Part shown: one piece after another, positions 37,528 through 47,475 of the stretch
How positions within the stretch are numbered: the first letter of the stretch is position 1
How the letters are laid out: every line of letters starts with the position of its first letter
NCBI GenBank assembly: GCA_963702845.1
Contig: OY969763.1
Span: forward strand, 390,729 to 454,728
Reading direction: 5' to 3'
Source of the DNA: an uncultured Verrucomicrobiae bacterium
GTDB taxonomy: Bacteria; Verrucomicrobiota; Verrucomicrobiia; Limisphaerales; Palsa-1400
DNA length: 64,000 bases
Notes under the pieces: generated by a model
Databases searched by the model: none
What the model was told of the DNA's origin: nothing
The model's input: only the letters and a program-made list of their open reading frames with translations
Position numbers and translations under genes: made by a program

Positions 37528-37822
37528 GGTCGAGTAGCAACCAAGGCAGAGTCACCATCGACAAAGAATTGTCATGGCTCGCTTCGTTCGGTGCGGGAAT
37601 CGGAATCCCCGCGTTGTCTTCATGATGCATGTATCGCATAACGCGACTGATGATGCCATAAAGCAGCTACGCGTCAAAAAATGTAGGCAAGCCAGGGAAA
37701 GGGGGGAAAGAAATGGCACTTTTTCTGCACTGTTTTTAACACCAAGACACCAAGGCACAAAGATTGCTAAGGGTATGAGGTGCTGGAAAGTTAAGCGCTG
37801 ATAGCTTGGGCCGAGCTTGGAA

Positions 37823-39211
37823 TTACTGGTGCTTTGGGTTTAACGGTAGCCGCACTTTGAATCGGGTTTCGCCACGACGTGATTCGAATTCGATTTCTCC
37901 ACCGTGCCGGTCGGCGATAATACGATTGCTAAGGACGAGCCCAAGGCCGGTGCCAGCACCCACCGATTTCGTCGTGAAAAATGGTTCGAACATCCGCGAT
38001 TGAATTTCCGCCGGAATACCTTCGCCGTCGTCCACGATCTCAACGACGATTTCGTCGCCGTCCCGGTAAGTATCGACACAAATTATTCCAGCGCCGTGGA
38101 CGGCATCTATCGCGTTGTCGATTAAGTTGGTCCAAACCTGATTGAGTTCACTTCCGTAAGCCATGATGCGCGGCACTGAACGGTCGAAAGCCCGGTTAAC
38201 CGTAACGTTCTTCAGTTTATGTCCCAGCATCGTCAATGTATTCTCGATCCCTTCGTGGATATCGATCTCCTGCATGGGCGATTGATCCATGTAGGAATAC
38301 GATTTTACCGCCTTCACCAATTCAGCGACGCGTGCCGTGCTATCCTGCATTTCTCGAAGAAGCCCTTGAGTCCTTAAGCGAGCCTCGAGCCAACGGAGAG
38401 CATTAGCCTGGCTCGCTTCGGGAATTTTTTCGAAAAGCTTTTCGAGCCACGGCAAATCCAAACCCACATTGACGAAGGTCGGCGCCAGGTCCCACCCGTC
38501 CGCAATTCCGTGCGCATTGAGCCAGTCGCCAATGGCCTCGGATCGATCGCTCCGTGTTAAATGATCGAGTTGCGGAGGCTTCCGGTCGGACGCTTCGTTT
38601 GCAGCCTCCACCAGAGAATGCCAATGCTCCGACTCCAACGATTTACTCAAGCCGCACAGGAAAGATTGTAGGTTGTCGGTTGTTTCCTGAAGTTGCGCGG
38701 CCGCCCGTCGAGCAGCCGTTGCTGGGTTATTCAACTCGTGCGCCAGGCCGGCGGCCATCGTGCCCAGCGAAATGAGCTTCTCCCGCTGTAACACATACCC
38801 TTCCATGTTTTTTAAACGGTTGGCCGCTGCACGAAAAATGGTTCGGGCAACTGCCGGACACGAAGTCAGCATCTGCCAAAAACCTTCTTCGTTGAGTCGA
38901 AGCAGGCGGACAGGTTTAAAAGTTCGCACATCCGAAAGCCATGGAATATCCAGCAACAGCATGACTTCGCCGAAGAAGTCCCCCGGTTTGCCAACTGCCA
39001 TCAGCACAGCCTGCCGCTCGTAATTGCGAACAATGCGGACCTCGCCTTCCAGAAGCACATCGAAAAAACCATTGCGGTCACCTTCACGCGCGATAACGGT
39101 TCCAGCAGGGACGTCAACAATCTCAGCCTGCGATAAGCAATCCAATTCCTTATCTGTTAGGTGTGCGAACAACGGGGTCGCACGCACTTTCTGGAGTTGC
39201 TCGGGTTTCAT
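37823..39211 (-). CDS. Sensor histidine kinase with N-terminal cyclic-nucleotide-binding domain
   Basis: cNMP-binding beta-barrel (GTVIAREGDRNGFFDVLLEGEVRI...GDFFGEVMLL). H-box LAHELNNP. N/G boxes NLIDNAIDA, DDGEGIP and GAGTGLGL. Confidence 0.88.
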   Translation of the reverse strand: MKPEQLQKVRATPLFAHLTDKELDCLSQAEIVDVPAGTVIAREGDRNGFFDVLLEGEVRIVRNYERQAVLMAVGKPGDFFGEVMLLLDIPWLSDVRTFKPVRLLRLNEEGFWQMLTSCPAVARTIFRAAANRLKNMEGYVLQREKLISLGTMAAGLAHELNNPATAARRAAAQLQETTDNLQSFLCGLSKSLESEHWHSLVEAANEASDRKPPQLDHLTRSDRSEAIGDWLNAHGIADGWDLAPTFVNVGLDLPWLEKLFEKIPEASQANALRWLEARLRTQGLLREMQDSTARVAELVKAVKSYSYMDQSPMQEIDIHEGIENTLTMLGHKLKNVTVNRAFDRSVPRIMAYGSELNQVWTNLIDNAIDAVHGAGIICVDTYRDGDEIVVEIVDDGEGIPAEIQSRMFEPFFTTKSVGAGTGLGLVLSNRIIADRHGGEIEFESRRGETRFKVRLPLNPKHQ

Positions 39212-39214
39212 ACG

Positions 39215-40873
39215 CTACTGATGCAGCCCTAAATATTGGTGGACCATTTTGACCGCCATGGCGCCTTCGCCAACGCCGGAGGTGACTCCTTTCGTTGACC
39301 GATGCCGCACATCCCCCGCGACGAAAATTCCCGGAACGCTGGTTTCAAGATAGAACGGATCACGATCGGCATCCCATCCACTTGGCCTTTTCCCTGCAAA
39401 ATGTTGACCGGAAATAATGTAACCCAGTTCATCGCGTTCGACGACGCCGGCTAGCCATTCAGTGCGAGGAACCGCCCCTGCATAAATCAACAACGCATTC
39501 GCCGGAACAGTTTCCGTTACGCCAGTTTTATTGTTGCGAATCGTAATCGTCTCGCAGTGCCCCTCGCCCTCGATCGCCACGACATTTGTATTAAGTCGCA
39601 CCTCAATATTTTTCGTGGAGTGAATTTGGTCCTCGAGATATTGCGACATGGTGCTGGACAGGGAACTGCCTCGCACAAGCACGATGACACGACGCGCCAC
39701 GCGCGAAAAATACATCGACGCCTGACCGGCTGAATTTGCGCCTCCGACGATGTAAACATCGCCGTCTTTGTAAGAAAAAGCGTCCGTCATCGGCGCGTAG
39801 TAATAGACGCCCGCGCCGCTCAATCGATCCAACCCCGGCACATCGAGTTTTCGGAATGCGATTCCAGTGGCGATCAGAAGCGCTCGGCACCCGATTTCTC
39901 CTTTGTCCGAAAGCTCGACAACTCGGGTTGGGCCCTCCACGCGAACTCCGCAAACTTCCTGTGGCGCCAGTATTTCAACCCCAAAACGCCGCGCCTGTGC
40001 CACTGCTCGCCGCGCCAGGTCGCCTCCACTAAGCCCCGTGGGAAATCCCAGATAATTTTCAATGCGCGAACTGCGTCCTGCCTGGCCGCCCGGCGCTTCC
40101 CGTTCGATCAATAATGTGTGCAAGCCATCAGCCGCTCCATAAACCGCAGCCGCCAATCCAGCGGGACCGCCGCCAACGACAACGAGATCGTAAAACGGAA
40201 ATTCTGCCTTCGTTCGAAGCCCCAGTTTTTCCGCAATCGCTTTGTTCGGTGGATCGGACAGCACCGACCCGTCAGGAAATATGACCAGAGGCAGCGACGC
40301 GGCATCCGCCTTCGCTGTTTCAATGAACTTTTTTGCCTCGTTATCCCGATCGGCATTGAGCCATTGGTGCGGGACAAAATTCCTTCCAAGAAAATCTCGA
40401 ATCTCGCTGGCGCGCGACGACCATTGGCTGCCCACCACACGCACACCTTCAAACGTTGGATGATATGAGGATTGCCAATCATCCAGCATATCATCGACGA
40501 ACCCGAAAAGCCGTTCCTCCGGCGGATCCCACGGCTTCATTAGATAGTGATCAATGTGCACGCTATTGATCGCGCGAATTGCAGCATCCGTGTCGGCGTA
40601 AGCGGTCAGCAACGCGCGCTTCGCGTCCGGAAAATACTCCAACGACTGTTCCAAAAATTCCACGCCGTTCATCCGTGGCATTCGTTGATCGACAAGAAAA
40701 AGCGCGACCGGTTCGTTACGCAGCTTCAACTGCTTCGTCGCCTCCAACGCCGAGGCGCCGGAGTCTGCCGAAATGACTCTGTAACGATCTCCGTAATGCC
40801 GTCGCAAATCACGTTCCACAGCGCGAAGCACATCCGGATCATCATCCACAGTCCATATGACCGGTTTTGACAT
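39215..40873 (-). CDS. Response-regulator receiver fused to a thioredoxin-reductase-like FAD/NAD(P)H flavoprotein lacking the redox CxxC
   Basis: REC features: TVDDDPDVL, LFLVDQRMP and MKPW. TrxR-like features: VVVGGGPAGLAAAVY, IVGGANSAGQ and FVAGDV. The position of CATCDG reads YYAPMTDA, with no Cys. Confidence 0.85.
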   Translation of the reverse strand: MSKPVIWTVDDDPDVLRAVERDLRRHYGDRYRVISADSGASALEATKQLKLRNEPVALFLVDQRMPRMNGVEFLEQSLEYFPDAKRALLTAYADTDAAIRAINSVHIDHYLMKPWDPPEERLFGFVDDMLDDWQSSYHPTFEGVRVVGSQWSSRASEIRDFLGRNFVPHQWLNADRDNEAKKFIETAKADAASLPLVIFPDGSVLSDPPNKAIAEKLGLRTKAEFPFYDLVVVGGGPAGLAAAVYGAADGLHTLLIEREAPGGQAGRSSRIENYLGFPTGLSGGDLARRAVAQARRFGVEILAPQEVCGVRVEGPTRVVELSDKGEIGCRALLIATGIAFRKLDVPGLDRLSGAGVYYYAPMTDAFSYKDGDVYIVGGANSAGQASMYFSRVARRVIVLVRGSSLSSTMSQYLEDQIHSTKNIEVRLNTNVVAIEGEGHCETITIRNNKTGVTETVPANALLIYAGAVPRTEWLAGVVERDELGYIISGQHFAGKRPSGWDADRDPFYLETSVPGIFVAGDVRHRSTKGVTSGVGEGAMAVKMVHQYLGLHQ

Positions 40874-40909
40874 AAGGTTAAGTCTCTTTCTAAGCAGGTT
40901 CCGTGATGC

Positions 40910-41671
40910 TCAACGCAGTCCACCTGAGATAAGGAACGTTTCACCGGTAATCCACGACGCATCATCGGAGGCAAGGAACACTACAGTGGGCGCGATATCT
41001 TGCGGTTGCCCGATCCGCCCAAGCGGCGTCTGCGCTTCGATTCCCTTGCGCTCATCGCTCTCAGCAAGTCCGGCAGCATGAAATCCTTCGGTCTCCACCA
41101 TGCCGGGCCGGATCGCGTTAACCCGGATTTTGCGCGGGCCGAGTTCCGTCGCCAGCGAGCGCGTGATGGCGTCCACCGCGCCTTTTGTGCCGCTGTAAAT
41201 AGATGAGTTCGGAATGCCAAGCGTGCTGACAATGGAACTCATGTTGATGATTACTCCTCCGCCATCGCCGAATTCCCGCGCCGCTGCTTGCGACGAAAGT
41301 AATAGGCCGAGCACATTCACATCGAAAAATTTATGGAAATGCTCTTCGGTCACATCCTCTAGGGCCACGAAATCGTAAATTCCTGCGTTATTGACGAGAA
41401 TATCCAATCGTCCGAATGCCTTTTTCGCACTTGCAAACAGCGCCGCGATGTCCTTGGAATTCGACATGTTCGCCTGCACGGCTATGGCTTTGCCTCCTGT
41501 CGTCGTTACGGCTTTGGCAACCGTTTCTCCATCCGCTTGGCTGGAGGAATAATTAACGACGACAGATGCGCCTTCTGCGGCGAGTGATTTGGCGATGGCT
41601 GCACCGATGCCTTTAGATGATCCGGTCACAACTGCGACCTTGCCGGCCAATTTTTTCCCGTTCGTAATCAT
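40910..41671 (-). CDS. Short-chain dehydrogenase/reductase (classical SDR, FabG-like)
   Basis: TGSSKGIG cofactor loop, NNAG, and catalytic S...YSGTK (YxxxK). 253 aa. Confidence 0.88.
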   Translation of the reverse strand: MITNGKKLAGKVAVVTGSSKGIGAAIAKSLAAEGASVVVNYSSSQADGETVAKAVTTTGGKAIAVQANMSNSKDIAALFASAKKAFGRLDILVNNAGIYDFVALEDVTEEHFHKFFDVNVLGLLLSSQAAAREFGDGGGVIINMSSIVSTLGIPNSSIYSGTKGAVDAITRSLATELGPRKIRVNAIRPGMVETEGFHAAGLAESDERKGIEAQTPLGRIGQPQDIAPTVVFLASDDASWITGETFLISGGLR

Positions 41672-41930
41672 GTGGTTTGTGTCCCTTTTTGACTATTCGC
41701 TGAGAAACGAGTTCTGGAAAGTAATCCTTTGGAGGTTTCTCGACTCGGAAGCCGCACCGCTTGACGTCATCGATTGCGCTAGCCTTTGCCCTGAATGCCG
41801 TCGATGTGGATGCGCGGCTGTTGCTACAGTGTTAAAACGGAAGCTCAAAAAGACGCGGGGCGCGCAAGTGGCGGTCGTTGCAACCGTCCAACGTTGGGAG
41901 TTGGCTTGCGAACGCAACTAGCATACACCA

Positions 41931-42843
41931 TTGCGCGAAATGATTTTGCTTCGCTACCTGTTCGTTGTTCTGCTCACCGGCAGTTGCATTAATGCCGGTG
42001 CGGATGGGCCGTTTGAGGCCGGTTTTGCGAAACTACATTCACGCATTACTACCGACCCGTCTCCGACCAACGTCTGGAGTCCACACCTGCGATTGCTCGT
42101 TGGCGTCGATGCGACCGAAGGCACTAAGCAGACCATATGTTTTGTCGAACTAACCACGATCAAACCGCCAGCCACTAATACCAATGGCAAACCGTGGGCG
42201 CCGGTATTCGAGACGAATGGTTTTTCGTGGACGGTCGACGAATCAGTCTCACATCACCACAAAAGAAAAATTCGTTTGGGCTTTGTATCCGGTGCAAGTG
42301 CGGGTGTTTGACGCAAGCGGGCGACAATCCAAAGAAGGCACCACCACGGTTCCGTTCGGCTTATTAACCAATGGCCTCGCACAAGTGTGTCGGCTCGGGT
42401 TGGGCAGAGAGTCCGGCCCCGAAGAAACTCCAGAAAACATGAGAGCGTTTTTCAGTGGATTTCTTTGGATGACTGCAATGATGGGACGGCTTGAAGGCGC
42501 GCCCGTCCTTCACGACGTTTGGGAGAACGCGAACTGCAGTTTCCGTTGGCCAAGCCTTTGGACAATCACACGGGCCGCGTTTGGAGGCGGCATGGTGATT
42601 GAGCTCAACCCGGATTGGAAAAAAATCGCTGTAGTCAGCACAAATGAGCCCCTGCAATATGTGCTGCCCATGACTCTGGCTGTGAGCGGACGGGTTCTCA
42701 CAAAGGTAGAAATCATCGTTGGTCAGGTCACGGCCGCCGCGGCGTTGCTCGGCGGGATCGAATCTCTCGAGGCAACACACCCCACCAAACCCGATCACAA
42801 GTATACCGCTCGCGTCCTGGCCTCCGGGATCGCGGCCGACTAA
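41931..42843 (+). pseudogene. Secreted hypothetical protein apparently split by a +1 frameshift near 42240 (ORFs 41931-42311 and 42184-42843)
   Basis: The first ORF has a signal peptide (LLRYLFVVLLTGSCINA). The second has no credible start (Arg-rich MANRGRRYSRR) but reads protein-like from ...QSHITTKEKFVWALYPVQV. The two could alternatively be separate genes. Confidence 0.35.
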
Positions 42844-43129
42844 TCGCCAGTGAATGCTACACAGCATTGACACGCCGTTGCTTCACGTTATAATCCCTTC
42901 AGCCGCCGGTGCTTGCCGGCATTCGGGAGACAGAGAACCGGATGCGCTCTTTGATGAAAGTAGAAACATTTCGATGATATTTTTTTGATTCTGTGTTTTA
43001 AGCCGCAAATCAGAACGCGAAGGGCGGTCGCCATCGCGATGGGCTTCACGTCTTGTTGTAGAGTTGAGTTGGCAGGGAGCGAGCGGCGAGACGCCTCACC
43101 TACTGCACCACAGCGGGATCTATCACTGG

Positions 43130-45931
43130 TTACTTCGGCAACTTGGTGTCGAGGATGTGGCGGACTTTTTGGAGGAGGGCGTCGTTGGCGAAAGGTTTTT
43201 GGAGAAAATCCATGCCGGGACGGCCTTTGGTTTTCTGGGCAATTTCTTCGCTGGTGTAGCCGGACATAAAAAGGACTGGAGTCGGGCCGCGGGATTTGGC
43301 AATGCGGTCGGCGAGTTGCCAGCCGGGTAATTCGGGAAGCATGAGGTCGGTTATCAATAGGTCGATAGGGCCATCGTGCGACTGGCTGAGCTCGAGGGCG
43401 GCCATGCCATCGCCTACTGCGATGATGTTGTAGCCTTTGGCTGTCAACACTTCGTAAAGCATCATGCGGACGAGTTCTTCATCTTCGACGAGTAAAATGG
43501 TTTCGCTGCCGGCGGTTTTTGTGGGCAGGGCAAGGGCTGCGCCTGCTTGTTGCGCCGCGGGTGTTGGGGCGAGTGGCAGGTAAATGGTAAAAATCGTACC
43601 GCGTCCGGGGGTGCTGTCGACGGTTATTTCGCCACCGCTTAATTGTACGATGTCCTGGACGATGGAGAGGCCGAGGCCGGTGCCCTGATTTTGATCTTTG
43701 GTGGTGAAAAATGGTTCGAAGATGCGGGCGAGCACTTCGGGATGCATGCCGCAGCCGGTGTCTTCAACGCGCAGGATGGCGTAGGAGCCGGGCTTGCGGT
43801 GAGGTGTGTTGTTTTCCAACAACTCGACGATGGCGGTTTCGATTTTGAGTTCACCTGCTCCGGCCATGGCATCGCGCGCGTTGATGGCGAGATTCATCAG
43901 AATTTGCTGAAGCTGGCCAGGGTCAGCATGGACGCAGGGAGGAGCGTCGGTGAGTGAAATGGTTAACCGGATCATTTCGCCGACGACGCGTTTCAACAGC
44001 TTGTTCATGTCTGTGATAACGGCGTTCAAGCTGACAACTTTTCGTTCGACGACGCGTTTGCGGCTGAAGCCAAGGAGTTGGCGCGTGAGGGAATTGGCCT
44101 GTTCAACGGAACGCTGAACCTGGGAGACGATTTCACGATTGGCATCGTGCGCGGTCATGCGTTGGAGCAAGAGATCAGTGTAGCCGAGAACAGCCTGGGT
44201 GAGGTTTCTGAAGTCGTGAGCGATGCCGCCGGTGAGCCGGCCAATGGCTTCCATTTTTTGGGCCTGCATTTCGAGTTGTTTGCGCTCGGTGATGTCGCGG
44301 ACCAAAATGATTTGCAGATGGAACCAGCTAACGGTTGTTTCGGTGACGGCGATTTCAATCGGGATGACCTGGCCGCTGGGCGTGAGCGCGCCGAGTTCGA
44401 GATACTTGGTCTGGCCGAGCGGATTGTGTCTGCTGATGTGATCTTCGAAAATGGCGGCGTCCGACGCGGAAAAAAGTGTGGTAATTGATTGGCCGACGAG
44501 GGCGGCGGACTGGTGCGAGAAGATGGCTTCGGCCGCGGGATTGATTGAGCTGATGCGACCGGGCGGACTGACGACGATGACGCCAACCATCATGTTTTCC
44601 AGGACGGCTTTAAGGCGTTCTTCGGATTCTTTGCGTTCGGTGACATCCTGGATGACGGCCTGAAACTCGGTGATTTGGTTGGAGTCGTCGAATAAGGCGC
44701 GAGCGGTGACGTGTTGCCAGAGGATGCGGTCTTGCAGAAACGTGCGGTTATCAAAGGAGACGTGGTCGTGTTCGGGCAACAAGGCGCGGAAGATGGAGAG
44801 CGGAATGTCGCGGTCTTGTTCGGCAAGTTCCTCGAAGTAGTTGGTGCCGATGAGTTGGTCGCGGGTTTTTTCGGAGAAATGGCAGTAGGCGTCGTTGACG
44901 AAGGTGAGCATGCCATCGGGCCGGAAGCGACAGATGAGGTCGAACTGGTCTTCCACAACGCCGCGATATTGTTTTTCGCTAATGGCCAGGCGGCGATGGG
45001 CGTCATCGCGTTCCATGGCCCCGCTGCTGAGAAGGAGGGTCAAGCAACTACCAACGCCGATGTAGCACCCGATGAGAATGAGGCTGGTGGTTTCGTTGCC
45101 GGTGTAAAAAGGGCCGTGCTGGTGGTGAAGTTCGGCAATGGCGCAGCCCGCGACTATGGCAACGGCGGTTGCTCCGCCGCGCTGTTCGAAACGCAAGGCT
45201 GCCCAGACCAAAAAAGGGAAGGGCAGGAACGCCATTGGATAATTCTTCAGGCCGTGAAATATCCAGGAATCGAAGGAGACCGCGCAACTTAAACCGAGGC
45301 CGGTAATGCATAACCCGAGTTCCAACACACGTGTGGCGTTCCATGGGATTTGGGTTCGCGCGACCCATCCCAGAATTAACGGCGCGACGAGGAGTGTTCC
45401 AAGTGCGTTTGGGACCCACCAATCGAGCAGGGCTGGGAACAAGTCGTTCCAGGAAAGGAGATGTGAATAGCAGAGGCCGACGACATTGAAGGCGGCGTTG
45501 ATCGCGGTGCCAACGGCGGAAGCGAGGAGGATAAAGGCTGTGGCATCTCGTAGACGCGACATTGATTTGCGGAAACCCGCCTTCTCCAGAAGGTAGGCGC
45601 AAATGATGGCGGAGATGGTATTTCCAAAGGCAGTGGCGGCGGTGAAAAAGCCAATCGGTTTGCCACTAATGGTGGCAAAGAGCAGGGCTCCGGCAGCGAC
45701 GCCGGGCCAGAAACGGTAACCGAACAATAGTATTGCAGCGACGGCAATGCCGGCCGGCGGCCAGATCAAGGCGATTTCGCCTGACATGAACGAGCCGGCG
45801 TGGCCCAGCATTCCACCAAGAAAGTAGAATGCAGTGAGGAACACCCATTGCGTTACTGAACTAAAGTTTGATAATGATTTTTTTGTCGTGTCTGACTGCA
45901 TGCCAAATTCATGTTGTTTGAGGGCACACAA
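43130..45931 (-). CDS. Hybrid sensor histidine kinase: MASE1 membrane domain + 2 PAS + HisKA/HATPase + C-terminal receiver
   Basis: MASE1-like N-terminus (IALIWPPAGIAVAAILLFGYRFWPGV). H-box GGIAHDFRNL. NLAINARDA, DTGCGM and GTGLGLS. Receiver ILLVEDEE...DLLITDLMLP...QKPF. Confidence 0.88.
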   Translation of the reverse strand: MCALKQHEFGMQSDTTKKSLSNFSSVTQWVFLTAFYFLGGMLGHAGSFMSGEIALIWPPAGIAVAAILLFGYRFWPGVAAGALLFATISGKPIGFFTAATAFGNTISAIICAYLLEKAGFRKSMSRLRDATAFILLASAVGTAINAAFNVVGLCYSHLLSWNDLFPALLDWWVPNALGTLLVAPLILGWVARTQIPWNATRVLELGLCITGLGLSCAVSFDSWIFHGLKNYPMAFLPFPFLVWAALRFEQRGGATAVAIVAGCAIAELHHQHGPFYTGNETTSLILIGCYIGVGSCLTLLLSSGAMERDDAHRRLAISEKQYRGVVEDQFDLICRFRPDGMLTFVNDAYCHFSEKTRDQLIGTNYFEELAEQDRDIPLSIFRALLPEHDHVSFDNRTFLQDRILWQHVTARALFDDSNQITEFQAVIQDVTERKESEERLKAVLENMMVGVIVVSPPGRISSINPAAEAIFSHQSAALVGQSITTLFSASDAAIFEDHISRHNPLGQTKYLELGALTPSGQVIPIEIAVTETTVSWFHLQIILVRDITERKQLEMQAQKMEAIGRLTGGIAHDFRNLTQAVLGYTDLLLQRMTAHDANREIVSQVQRSVEQANSLTRQLLGFSRKRVVERKVVSLNAVITDMNKLLKRVVGEMIRLTISLTDAPPCVHADPGQLQQILMNLAINARDAMAGAGELKIETAIVELLENNTPHRKPGSYAILRVEDTGCGMHPEVLARIFEPFFTTKDQNQGTGLGLSIVQDIVQLSGGEITVDSTPGRGTIFTIYLPLAPTPAAQQAGAALALPTKTAGSETILLVEDEELVRMMLYEVLTAKGYNIIAVGDGMAALELSQSHDGPIDLLITDLMLPELPGWQLADRIAKSRGPTPVLFMSGYTSEEIAQKTKGRPGMDFLQKPFANDALLQKVRHILDTKLPK

Positions 45932-46213
45932 TAGACGACGTGAGACCAGCAGGTTTGGGGCCGAATGCCTCAGTGTTTACTTGATTTGTAAGTTGTTGAT
46001 TTCCTGAAACCTGTGGGCAAATCGTGATGAAAATCTTGGCGAGTTAAAATCGTTCTGTCAATTATATTGACTAACCATCTCCATTCGCCTCAGGTCATTT
46101 TAGTGTAATCTACTAACCATTTTTTGTGATGGAAGGCCTTATTCCTGCTGCTCTTACGTTTAAGAACTCGAAACCGAGACAAACAAGCGAGTTCAAAAAA
46201 GAAGGTAGTTTTT

Positions 46214-46696
46214 ATGAAAGTTTTAGCTGGAATGGGGCTGGCTGGACAGGTGTCGGCTGGATTAAAATCCGTTTTGGTGGTGGATAATGAAGGGGAGCAT
46301 TGCGCACGCATTCGCGATGAGCTGAGGAACCTAAACCTGCGCAATCATGTGCATTGTTTGACGTCGGCCGCGGAAATGATCGCGTATCTGAATGGGTTCG
46401 CGCAGTTCAGCGACCGGGAAGGGTATCCATTGCCGGCAGTGTTGCTCGTGGACCTGAATTTGCCGCTGATCGATGGTTTTATCGTGGTGGAGTGGATCCG
46501 GTCGCATGAAAAGTTTTGTCGCATCCCGATCGTGGTGATGGGCCGAAGAGACCAGGCGGGGGCGTTGGAGGCGGCAGTCAAAGTCGGCGCGGATGCGTGG
46601 ATGATGAAGCCGTTTGACCGGGCTGAATTCGAATGGATCGTGATGAAGATGCCGGTGTTGCTGGAGTTCCACTGGGACGAAGCGGCTGACGTCTAA
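46214..46696 (+). CDS. Stand-alone receiver-domain protein, atypical (degenerate acidic pocket)
   Basis: VLVVDNEGE replaces DD. The phospho-Asp context LLVDLNLP and MKPF Lys are present. The Thr/Ser position reads VVMGRR. Confidence 0.75.
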   Translation: MKVLAGMGLAGQVSAGLKSVLVVDNEGEHCARIRDELRNLNLRNHVHCLTSAAEMIAYLNGFAQFSDREGYPLPAVLLVDLNLPLIDGFIVVEWIRSHEKFCRIPIVVMGRRDQAGALEAAVKVGADAWMMKPFDRAEFEWIVMKMPVLLEFHWDEAADV

Positions 46697-46830
46697 TGTA
46701 GTCTATTGGCTGATGTCAATACAGGTTTGACACTACATTTCAGTAGAACCCCGACAGACACGCCGTCAATTACAGGGTATGATTTCGGAAGTTCAAACGT
46801 TCCCTACTAAGCTCAAACATCCCCAACTGT

Positions 46831-47292
46831 ATGAAACGAGTCGATGAACCTGGGGCAACAGACGGAGCGGAAGGCCTGAAAGTATTGCTTTTCGTTGAGG
46901 ATGATCCTAATGACTTTCTCCTCGCGCAACGTGAGTTGCGCAAAATGAAATTACTGAACCCGGTGTGTCATGTAGCCAGTGTGGAGGAGATGGTTGCCTA
47001 CATGAGCGCGGAGGAGAAGTTTTCCGACCACGAGAAGTTTCCGCTTCCGGAAGCGATTTTCCTGGATATGCACCTGCCGAAGGGCGACGGTCTCGATGCG
47101 GCGGCGTGGCTGCGGTCGAAATTGAAATTTCGCAACATCCCCCTCGTCGCGATCAGCGGCAGTGGGACCGAAATGCTGAAGATGGCGGTGGACATGGGCG
47201 CGCACGCCTTGATGCTGAAGCCATTCGACGCGGATGAATTTGCGAAGATCGTGTCGAGATTGAAGCTGCGGTTGGCATTTGTGGAAGATTAG
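46831..47292 (+). CDS. Stand-alone response-regulator receiver protein (Rcp1/CheY-like)
   Basis: LLFVEDDPND, IFLDMHLP, VAISGS and LKPF. Confidence 0.85.
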   Translation: MKRVDEPGATDGAEGLKVLLFVEDDPNDFLLAQRELRKMKLLNPVCHVASVEEMVAYMSAEEKFSDHEKFPLPEAIFLDMHLPKGDGLDAAAWLRSKLKFRNIPLVAISGSGTEMLKMAVDMGAHALMLKPFDADEFAKIVSRLKLRLAFVED

Positions 47293-47475
47293 CGTTGGTT
47301 TGCTTCGGGAACTTTATTGGTGGCGTCAGTCAGACTACTTAACGGGCCTTCTGGGTTTGCTGATAGTTTCTTGCATACTAAATTATACACTTTTCTTGCG
47401 AAGTTGTAATCCGTAGGCTGCGCCGTGAAAACCTGCTCTTAACGCAAGGCGCTGCTGCCCAGAACAGAATGCGTT

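Noticed and set aside
37316-37801. ORFs of 65-107 aa in the 37.3-37.8 kb intergenic region.
   Set aside because: They are built from the TGGACGAAAGTGG repeats and low-complexity sequence (WMKVDVSGRKW...). They overlap each other on both strands and have no motifs.
45932-46213. AT-rich 280-bp region upstream of the MASE1 kinase, examined for an sRNA or small gene (ORF 46090-46344).
   Set aside because: The ORF overlaps the receiver gene start and has no protein-like character. The region is adequately explained as a divergent promoter region, and no structured-RNA signature was recognised.
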